A DNA stretch of 19,350 bases from Abditibacteriaceae bacterium (GTDB lineage Bacteria > Armatimonadota > Abditibacteriia > Abditibacteriales > Abditibacteriaceae): contig JANMKN010000114.1 in assembly GCA_031372065.1 (NCBI GenBank), positions 1 through 19,350 of the forward strand, written 5' to 3'. Below the pieces are notes generated by a model. It made no database searches, was not told where the DNA came from, and saw nothing but the letters and a program-made list of their open reading frames with translations. The translations under genes were made by a program, and so were the position numbers. Below, one piece after another: positions 1 through 6,491 of this stretch (position 1 is the stretch's first letter; each line of letters begins with the position of its first letter).

Positions 1-1614
1 GCCGACGCGCGCGCTCTCAACCAACCGCAAATGGAATTCGTGGCGCGCAGCTACTTCATAAAATGGACTTCGGCTTATCAAAATTCCCAAGCCATTGGGC
101 GCATTGTGCAAAGTTTGGACGCGACTTATAAGGCATGGAAAGCCAACCCGAAATTGGCCGAAGCCGAACCTTCGACTTACAATCCCGATTGGTTTGGCCT
201 TGGGCTTTCGGGCCGCGCCATTTCGCTGTTGCAAAAGCCATTAGCGCCTTTGTTCGATGAAAAAATCACGGGCGCCGAGGTGACGCGCCGCGCCGGTTGG
301 ACAGATATGTTAATCGCTTCGCGCGACTGGCATCGTTTTCATCGCCGTCAATACACCAATCAGTCCATGATTAACGATACCTACGGCATTTATCTGTCGA
401 ATCGCGGTGTCCTTGCGCTTTCGCCTGACAAAGCGATGCCCGAAAAAGAAGCGCTGCGTTATCTTTACGAATCTATGGGCCTCGAACCGTGGCGCGACAG
501 CGATGTTGACCCCAATAATCCGAACGCCAAGCGCAATTGGGGCACCGGCACCGATTATTTTCAACTGACCGCCAAAGGCCTGACTAAGGAACTCGGTTAT
601 GTCGGCTATTACGGCGAAGTTTTAGATTGGGTAGCGAAAATTTACGATGCGACACGCCCCGCTTTTGGCGAAGCAGGCGACCCGAAAATCAAAGAACAAG
701 CGATAAAAATCGCGCGGGCGCGCGCTGCATTTCGTTATCCGTCTTTGGATGATGAAGGTAACACGGCGATGGTCGTCGAAACCATCGTCGGCTGGCGCGA
801 TGCGCATTATGGCAGCGATGTGGTTTATGCCCAGCGCACCAGTTGGGACGGTTCGCCGTTGGAAATTGCCGCCGCCACACTCAACCCACAACTCATCGGC
901 TACGTGCAGCAAATGTTCGATGACAATCAGTATTTTGCGTCCGTGCAAGAACGCATGAAAGAGACAGGCTTTCGCACCACATCCGGCCTTTTGGAAACGC
1001 CGGGCGAATACGAAATTCTCAAAGCGCAAGCCAAAATGCCGCATCGTTTGCCTATGTCGCCCACTCAGCCAGACTTTGTTTTTTCCGACGAAGAAGATGG
1101 CGTTATCGCCGTCAAAAACGGCAACGATATTTTATATGTTTCGCTTTACTGGCGGGCGCGCAATGCCATCAATAATTTAGCGCGCGTGCATTATATCACG
1201 CCGAATTTTGACCGCGTGGCGACTGTGCGCCAAGAAACAGAGTTCACGCCGAGCGGCCTGACTTTCAAGCGCGGCAAAAACACTAATGCCCCGTGGGGGC
1301 CGTGGCTGCCACGCTATCCCAACGAAGACAATTCCGCTCTGGCCGGTGAAGAATTGCCGATTGCCAAAATCCCGGCGGGCATTGATTTCAAGCCCGGCCA
1401 AGAAAGCGTTTACGCCGGCAAAGGCGATTTCTACACGCTACATTACGGCCCCTATCTCATCGGCATGAACATGACGACGGACAAAACCTTCGACATCGCC
1501 GTGCCGCAAGGTAGCAAAGAATTGGTGTCAAAAACCAGCGCTAAAGCAGGCGCCGTGAAAAAAGTCGGGCCACGTTCGACGGTGGTTTTTTATAAGGAAT
1601 TTGCAATTTCTTGA
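1..1614 (+). CDS. Large uncharacterised protein, 5'-truncated by the window edge; possibly a glycan-active enzyme
   Basis: The frame is open from base 1 (gcc gac gcg...) to TGA at 1612-1614, so ATG 31 is probably internal. The protein is rich in Trp/Tyr/Arg with conserved-looking blocks (RRQYTNQSMI, KELGYVGYYGE, SLYWRAR). The function is an inference only. Confidence 0.8.
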   Translation, partial: ADARALNQPQMEFVARSYFIKWTSAYQNSQAIGRIVQSLDATYKAWKANPKLAEAEPSTYNPDWFGLGLSGRAISLLQKPLAPLFDEKITGAEVTRRAGWTDMLIASRDWHRFHRRQYTNQSMINDTYGIYLSNRGVLALSPDKAMPEKEALRYLYESMGLEPWRDSDVDPNNPNAKRNWGTGTDYFQLTAKGLTKELGYVGYYGEVLDWVAKIYDATRPAFGEAGDPKIKEQAIKIARARAAFRYPSLDDEGNTAMVVETIVGWRDAHYGSDVVYAQRTSWDGSPLEIAAATLNPQLIGYVQQMFDDNQYFASVQERMKETGFRTTSGLLETPGEYEILKAQAKMPHRLPMSPTQPDFVFSDEEDGVIAVKNGNDILYVSLYWRARNAINNLARVHYITPNFDRVATVRQETEFTPSGLTFKRGKNTNAPWGPWLPRYPNEDNSALAGEELPIAKIPAGIDFKPGQESVYAGKGDFYTLHYGPYLIGMNMTTDKTFDIAVPQGSKELVSKTSAKAGAVKKVGPRSTVVFYKEFAIS

Positions 1615-1668
1615 AATTCAAGCGTTTTTAAACGCTAAAAAATTCCAGCATTTAGCTGAATACTATTC

Positions 1669-1887
1669 ATGAATCGAACATTGAAAATTGGTCTGGTGCT
1701 GTTAATTACAGGGCTGCTTTTGAACTTCTTGACGCGACTAATTAGCCCGTCTATTGTTGCGGCTCGCCTCGATACAGCCAACACTGTTCAATTATTGGCA
1801 TTAGCCTTCGGCATTATCCTCTCAATTATTCTTATCTTGGCAGGACTTGTTACTTGCTTCATCGGCCTTGTCAAAATTAAGCCTTGA
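1669..1887 (+). CDS. Small membrane protein, 72 aa, two predicted TM helices
   Basis: ATG...TGA ORF with two hydrophobic stretches (IGLVLLITGLLLNFL; LLALAFGIILSIILILAGLVTCFIGLV), basic termini and an AT-rich context. Confidence 0.7.
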   Translation: MNRTLKIGLVLLITGLLLNFLTRLISPSIVAARLDTANTVQLLALAFGIILSIILILAGLVTCFIGLVKIKP

Positions 1888-1911
1888 GGATGATTCAAAC
1901 TGGCTTATATC

Positions 1912-2079
1912 TCACTTTTTCATTCTCATAATGCGCAGAATAATAGCGCCAATTCCCAACAGAACAAGAAGATGCGTTGAGTAATCTGCCGAACCTGCTT
2001 GAGGTTTGTAGTTAATGAATGGGAAGACAACTGCGACAATTAGGGCGAGGGCTACACCAGCGATAAATCGGTAAGGCAT
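1912..2079 (-). CDS. Small membrane protein, 55 aa, two predicted TM helices (not in ORF track)
   Basis: Manual translation gives MPYRFIAGVALALIVAVVFPFINYKPQAGSADYSTHLLVLLGIGAIILRIMRMKK*. A perfect TATAAT at 2092-2087 lies 7 nt before the ATG (leaderless geometry). Confidence 0.7.
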   Translation of the reverse strand: MPYRFIAGVALALIVAVVFPFINYKPQAGSADYSTHLLVLLGIGAIILRIMRMKK

Positions 2080-2086
2080 GGAGGGA

Positions 2087-2092
2087 ATTATA
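2087..2092 (-). promoter_or_regulatory. -10 box (TATAAT) of a probable leaderless transcript
   Basis: Minus strand reads TATAAT-tccctcc-ATG, with no Shine-Dalgarno. Confidence 0.6.
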
Positions 2093-2211
2093 AATTACTC
2101 ATTTTGTTTAGCATAGAACCTTAAACTCAGAGCAATTATTCAATGCGCAAGTTTGAACTGGCACTTTAACTTTGTGCCTAACAAAATGACGGAAAATGAA
2201 AACCGGCATTT

Positions 2212-2236
2212 GTAAGGGCGAACCTTGTGTTCGCCC
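2212..2236 (+). repeat. GTAG-type REP-like palindrome
   Basis: GTAA-GGGCGAAC-cttgt-GTTCGCCC: a GTAR tetranucleotide followed by a perfect 8-bp stem. A degenerate partner (ggggcgaccaacaag) lies at about 2258-2272. Confidence 0.65.
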
Positions 2237-2321
2237 GATGGACATGGCGCGCGGCAAGGGGCGACCAACAAGAGCATACCAGAAAACATTTGCCGCACTA
2301 CTTAACAAAATGATCGCAGAC

Positions 2322-2377
2322 GTAGGGGCGCATAGCGTGTGTCTTCTAATCTGCGGGCGCTCGCTGTGCGCCCCTAC
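2322..2377. repeat. REPIN-like inverted REP doublet
   Basis: GTAGGGGCGCATAGCG (2322-2337) pairs with CGCTGTGCGCCCCTAC (2362-2377) at 15/16 positions. The right copy is itself palindromic (GGGCGC...GCGCCC). Confidence 0.7.
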
Positions 2378-2384
2378 TACATTC

Positions 2385-2665
2385 CAACAATTCTTGTTGT
2401 TCGGGATTGACTTGACGATTGCTCTTGAGACGGGTCAAAAAATGATACTGCTGACCAAACTCTTCTTTTCTAAGATGCTTGAGATTATCCAAGCCGCCAT
2501 ACCAAGAATCAAATGCCACATAATCAAGCTTTAAGCCGCGCTCTTTGACTTGGCCGATCATCGCTTTGAAATGGTCATTCTTGGTGTAATGCTGACCGTT
2601 AGCATTCGTTAGCATCGGCGTTGACATCGTAAACAAGAAAGTCCAACGGCACAACCGGCATCTGA
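2385..2665 (-). pseudogene. IS701-family-like DDE transposase internal fragment, frameshifted
   Basis: Joining two frames gives VVPLDFLVYDVNADAN/GQHYTKNDHFKAMI...VAFDSWYGGLDNLKHLR...FLTRLKSNRQVNP, which matches IS701-type motifs (TKNxHF, FDSWY, TRLKSNR). A 10-nt duplication at 2597-2615 causes the frameshift. Both ends are missing. Confidence 0.75.
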
Positions 2666-2672
2666 AAGAGCT

Positions 2673-2726
2673 AAGGCCACCTTCGTGGCCTCAAAACCTT
2701 GATTGTGAGACTACGAAGGTGGCCTT
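2673..2726. repeat. 21-bp inverted repeat (REPIN-like doublet; possible 3' stem-loop of the Spy/CpxP-like gene)
   Basis: AAGGCCACCTTCGTGGCCTCA (2673-2693) versus TGAGACTACGAAGGTGGCCTT (2706-2726), 19/21 complementary. The left arm is itself a hairpin (AGGCCAC-cttc-GTGGCCT). Confidence 0.65.
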
Positions 2727-2745
2727 GCCCCGACAAACGCTGGTT

Positions 2746-3411
2746 TCAATCGGCGTGAAAGCCCAACGCCACACCAAATTTTCCAATACGCGATACCGCT
2801 TCGGCGCGCACGGCGGCGCGCATTTGATCAAGTTTTTGCATTTGCTCTGGTGTGAGAATCGAAGCCAATTTTTCGCGGGTTTTGGCGTGTAATTCCATCA
2901 ATTTCGCACGCTTTTGCGCAAAGCCAGAAGCGTCTTGAAAAATGGCGCGGCCTTGTTGGACGGCGTCTTCGATAATTGGCTTGGTTTCGGCGCGTTGCGC
3001 GTTTGTCAGGTGCAATTCGTCGGCGACTTCGTTTAACGTGGCGCGCATTCGCGTTTCACGGCTGGCAAATAATTGCTGCGCGGTTTGGCGTTGCTCAGTC
3101 GTGAGAAGTTGCGTGATTTTGCCGCGTGTGCTTTCGCGGAGCGCTTTGATTTTTTGCTGCTTTTGCGTGCTGGACAATTCTTTATTTTGCGCGATGGCGC
3201 GGCCTTGCGGAATCGCCTCGCACACTAATCCGGCGATGGATTTCTTTTGCGCGTCGCTCAGGTTGATTTGCTTTGCCATCGCCTCGAAGCGCGCTTTTAC
3301 AACTGCGCGATAGGGATTATTGGCGTCTTTGTTTTGTGCCCGCACAACAACGCTTCCGGCCACGACGGCCACGCCCAACAGGGCTATCAACCACTTTTTC
3401 TTGCTTTGCAT
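2746..3411 (-). CDS. Spy/CpxP-family (LTXXQ motif) periplasmic chaperone/accessory protein with duplicated domain
   Basis: Likely start is ATG 3411, preceded by AAGGAG. It has a signal peptide (MQSKKKWLIALLGVAVVAGSVVVRA-Q) and motifs LSDAQ, LTTEQ, LTNAQ, LTPEQ. It is divergent from the cpxR/cpxA-like pair. Confidence 0.8.
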   Translation of the reverse strand: MQSKKKWLIALLGVAVVAGSVVVRAQNKDANNPYRAVVKARFEAMAKQINLSDAQKKSIAGLVCEAIPQGRAIAQNKELSSTQKQQKIKALRESTRGKITQLLTTEQRQTAQQLFASRETRMRATLNEVADELHLTNAQRAETKPIIEDAVQQGRAIFQDASGFAQKRAKLMELHAKTREKLASILTPEQMQKLDQMRAAVRAEAVSRIGKFGVALGFHAD

Positions 3412-3500
3412 TTCTGCTCCTTTTGGGGCGCGCCAATCCGTTTCTGCGCGCCGTTTTGCCTTATTCAACGCCAAAAAGCGCGCGGCGACGCACGGTTTGT

Positions 3501-3547
3501 GTCAAGGAGCAGTCAACAATCGTCAGGGCACGTTGACAAATTTTGAC
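3501..3547. promoter_or_regulatory. Putative OmpR/CpxR-family regulator binding array in the divergent promoter
   Basis: GTCAA 3501, GTCAA 3512, GTCAG 3522, TTGAC 3533, TTGAC 3543, with 10-11 bp periodicity. It resembles the CpxR box GTAAA-N5-GTAAA. Confidence 0.6.
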
Positions 3548-3581
3548 GAATGATTTTTCGTGCTGCCTTAAACTGCAAAAT

Positions 3582-4301
3582 ATGGAGTTCCCGAATCGCG
3601 TGCTGGTGATTGATGATGACCGCGAATTGTGCAAGCTGGTCAAAGAATTTTTGGAGCCGGAATTTCAAGTCTATAGCGTCTCGCGCGGCGATGAAGGCGC
3701 GCGGCGTGCCCAAGATGACAATTTTTCGCTGATTGTGCTGGATGTCATGCTGCCCGGCCTGAGTGGTTTTGAAGTGCTGCGCCAACTGCGCGAGAACAAT
3801 TGCGCCACGCCGGTTTTAATGCTCACCGCGCGCGGCGATGACATAGACCGTATTGTCGGCCTTGAATTAGGTGCCGATGATTATTTGGCGAAGCCTTTCA
3901 ACCCGCGCGAACTAACGGCGCGCATTCACGCCATTTTGCGCCGCGCCCGTCCCGCGCCTTCTGCGGCTGTACGCGCGAAATTTCAATGCGACGATTTGGA
4001 ATTGGATGTTTTGGCGCGCCGCGTGCGTTGCGACAGCCAAACGCTTGATCTAACCGCTGTCGAATTTGATTTGCTCACGCTTTTAGTAAAAAATCTGGGC
4101 GTTGTCGTATCGCGCGATGATTTAGCGAAGCACGCCCTTGACCGCAAATGGACGGCGTATGATCGCAGCATTGATATGCACGTTTCCAATTTGCGCAAGA
4201 AAATCGGCCCCGCACCCGATGGCAGCGAACGCATCAAATCCATCCGCAGCGTAGGTTATGTTTTAGTGAGTGCGGAATACGAAATGCGGAATGCGGAGTA
4301 G
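3582..4301 (+). CDS. cpxR: OmpR/PhoB-family response regulator, CpxR-like
   Basis: Receiver domain (VLVIDDD, LIVLDVMLPG, LMLTARGD, GADDYLAKPF) plus a winged helix (EFDLL, DRSIDMHVSNLRKK, IRSVGY). Likely start is ATG 3582, with TAAACT 7 nt upstream. Confidence 0.9.
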   Translation: MEFPNRVLVIDDDRELCKLVKEFLEPEFQVYSVSRGDEGARRAQDDNFSLIVLDVMLPGLSGFEVLRQLRENNCATPVLMLTARGDDIDRIVGLELGADDYLAKPFNPRELTARIHAILRRARPAPSAAVRAKFQCDDLELDVLARRVRCDSQTLDLTAVEFDLLTLLVKNLGVVVSRDDLAKHALDRKWTAYDRSIDMHVSNLRKKIGPAPDGSERIKSIRSVGYVLVSAEYEMRNAE

Positions 4302-4330
4302 AATTTCGCATTCCGCACTCCACACTCCGC
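4268..4330. repeat. Inverted heptamer tandem repeat (GAATGCG)n / (ATTCCGC)n
   Basis: GAGTGCG GAATACG AAATGCG GAATGCG GAGTAGA, then ATTTCGC ATTCCGC ACTCCAC ACTCCGC. It spans the cpxR stop codon. Confidence 0.75.
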
Positions 4331-4336
4331 GTTTCT

Positions 4337-5698
4337 ATGCGCTCTTTATTTTTCAAAATTTTCCTGTGGTTTTGGCTGACGATGGCGCTTTTGGGCGCGG
4401 CTTTATTTGCCATAACGTGGACGCTACGCGCCGAGCCTTTGGTGCCCACGCAGCACGCATTTTTAAGTGAATCGCTCACGCAGAATGCCAAAATCCTCGT
4501 ATGGCGCTTGCAGACGCGTGGCATGGCGGATGTCAAGGACTACATAAGGCGTATGAGTCAGAAAAACCAAGTGCGCGCTTTGCTTTTCGATGAGACGGGG
4601 CACATTATAGCTGGTGATACATCAGTGGAAGGTGCAAGACAGTTAGCCCTCGCCGCCTCCAAACGCGACGAGGTAGAATTCCATATTTCCGGTGCCGATT
4701 TAATGGCGGCCCGCCGCGCCGTTGCCAGTGATGGCAAAGTCTATGTCTTATTTGCATCAATGCCACGCACTATGCTTTCGGTGCTTCGCGTGCCGTTAAG
4801 CACTCGCGTCCTGCGAATTAGCGCCGTCATTTTCATAGGGAGCTTGGTGTGCTTCGCCTTAGCGCGCTATCTCACCGATCCGGTTGTGAAATTGCGCGCT
4901 GCGACGCGGCGTTTCGCAGAGGGTGATTTATCGGTGCGCGTTTATCCGCAATTGGGCCGGCGGCGCGACGAACTGGCCGATTTAGCGCGCGATTTCGATG
5001 CGATGGCGGCTCAAATCGCCATTTTATTAAATGCACAGCGCCGTTTATTAGGCGACGTTTCACACGAACTGCGCACGCCACTCACGCGCCTGTATTTGGC
5101 TTTGGAATTAGCGCGGCGCCATGCCGGAGACGGCGCGGCGCCAGCTTTAGATCGCATCGAACGCGAAGCCGCGCAACTAAACGAACTTATCGGCCAATTA
5201 TTGATGCTTTCGCGTTTGGAAAGCGGCGAAGCGCGGCCCGCTCCCCTTTTATTTGACCTGTCGGCAGTGCTGCTCGAAGTTGTGCATGACGCACAATTTG
5301 AAGCCGAATCTACGCAGCGCAAAATTCTTTTAGAAGCTAATGAAACTTGCCGAATTCACGGCACGCCGTCCATTTTGCGTAGCGCATTGGAGAATGTCAT
5401 TCGCAACGCGCTACGTTACACACTGAAAAATAGCAGCCTCGAAATCGCGCTGCACTGCGATGAAAAGCACGCCGTTTTAACCGTGCGCGATTACGGCCCC
5501 GGCGTGCCTGACGCGGATTTGACCCAGATTTTTCAGCCGTTTTATCGCGTGGATGATGCCCGTGACCGAGAAGATGGCGGCGCCGGTTTAGGTTTAGCCA
5601 TCGTCGAACGCGCTATCACCTCGCACGGCGGCCAAGTGCGCGCCGAAAATGCGCTGGGCGGCGGTTTGCTCGTTGAAATTCAACTTCCGGTGGCATAA
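4337..5698 (+). CDS. cpxA: Sensor histidine kinase with two TM helices, HAMP, HisKA and HATPase domains; CpxA-like
   Basis: N-terminus MRSLFFKIFLWFWL, HAMP (RRDELADLARDFDAMA), H-box DVSHELRTPL, N-box ENVIRNALRY, G1 DYGPGV, F-box IFQPFYRV, G2 GGAGLGLAI. Confidence 0.9.
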   Translation: MRSLFFKIFLWFWLTMALLGAALFAITWTLRAEPLVPTQHAFLSESLTQNAKILVWRLQTRGMADVKDYIRRMSQKNQVRALLFDETGHIIAGDTSVEGARQLALAASKRDEVEFHISGADLMAARRAVASDGKVYVLFASMPRTMLSVLRVPLSTRVLRISAVIFIGSLVCFALARYLTDPVVKLRAATRRFAEGDLSVRVYPQLGRRRDELADLARDFDAMAAQIAILLNAQRRLLGDVSHELRTPLTRLYLALELARRHAGDGAAPALDRIEREAAQLNELIGQLLMLSRLESGEARPAPLLFDLSAVLLEVVHDAQFEAESTQRKILLEANETCRIHGTPSILRSALENVIRNALRYTLKNSSLEIALHCDEKHAVLTVRDYGPGVPDADLTQIFQPFYRVDDARDREDGGAGLGLAIVERAITSHGGQVRAENALGGGLLVEIQLPVA

Positions 5699-5735
5699 AA
5701 AAGCCGCCGTCACGTTTTCGTGACGGCGGCTTTTA
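5697..5735. terminator. Bidirectional intrinsic terminator
   Basis: AAAAAAGCCGCCGTCACG-tttt-CGTGACGGCGGCTTTTA lies between convergent genes: a perfect GC stem with A/T tracts on both sides. Confidence 0.9.
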
Positions 5736-5746
5736 TCTTACGGTTT

Positions 5747-6400
5747 TTAGCGCGGCGCGATGCGCGCGTTACCATCGGGCGAGACGGTTTTGCGTTGCGC
5801 AATATAATTCGCCACCGCCTGTTTCACTTTTACGCGCGCCGATTGCCGTCCGGCACTGCTCCACACGTTAAAGTAAGCGTCATTCGCCAAACTGACCGGC
5901 ATCGCCACGCGAATTGAGTCTTGCGCGCCGATCTCGCGGCCTCCGACATTCACTGAAGTGATGCGCGGTGGGCCACCCTGACCTTTAAACGAAACACTCA
6001 GGCCCGCACCGTGCAAAAACGCGACATCGGCAGTGGGATATTCGCGCACAGCGCGCTCTAAAGCCTCACGCAATTGCGCGCCAGTGATGGTAAGTGTCAC
6101 CACATCGTCATCACCAAAATTGAGCAAACCATCAATGGCAGCCTGCTCAATTTCGCCCGCTTTTAGGGATCCGCTGCGCAAAGCACCACCATTAATCAAA
6201 GCGATATCGCTGCCCGCTGCGGCGCGCAAACTATCAGCAGCCAAACGTCCCCACGCGGTTTCGCTTTTATTGGGCCGCTGATTATCGAAATCTGCCGTCG
6301 CGCGCCCCACAGCGGCCCAAGCGGGCTGCGCACTCAAAACGACAAGCACGCACGTTATCGCCAGAACAAATTGGAACATACGTCCAAAATTCAATTTCAT
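5747..6400 (-). CDS. Secreted protein consisting only of a 5'-nucleotidase C-terminal (substrate-binding) domain
   Basis: Signal peptide ending AWA-A; motifs ETAWGRLAADSLR, DIALINGGALR, VVTLTITGAQLREALE. There is no metallophosphoesterase domain. Confidence 0.85.
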   Translation of the reverse strand: MKLNFGRMFQFVLAITCVLVVLSAQPAWAAVGRATADFDNQRPNKSETAWGRLAADSLRAAAGSDIALINGGALRSGSLKAGEIEQAAIDGLLNFGDDDVVTLTITGAQLREALERAVREYPTADVAFLHGAGLSVSFKGQGGPPRITSVNVGGREIGAQDSIRVAMPVSLANDAYFNVWSSAGRQSARVKVKQAVANYIAQRKTVSPDGNARIAPR

Positions 6401-6491
6401 GATTGTCTAAACACTTTCGAGTTGGTTGAACCCATCTTTCCAACTCGTCGCCGCAGACGTTGACTTTTGGCTGATAGTTCCAAACGAAACA

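Noticed and set aside
1621..1642. AGCGTTT-tt-AAACGCT hairpin as terminator of the first gene
   Set aside because: The stem is weak and AT-rich with a 2-nt loop, and it is followed by an A-tract rather than a U-tract on the coding strand.
2196..2534. 112-aa plus-strand ORF and the overlapping 66-aa minus-strand ORF (2108-2308)
   Set aside because: They run through REP palindromes and the antisense of the transposase remnant, and show no protein-like motifs.
2179..2726. Palindromic repeats as a possible CRISPR array
   Set aside because: The repeats differ in sequence, are inverted rather than direct, have no regular spacers, and there are no cas genes.
3412..3581. Longer ORF-track starts for the Spy-like gene (3474) and cpxR (3543)
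   Set aside because: The extensions run into the divergent promoter region (the 3543 start lies within the operator array). ATG 3411 has an SD and a signal peptide, and ATG 3582 begins the receiver domain.
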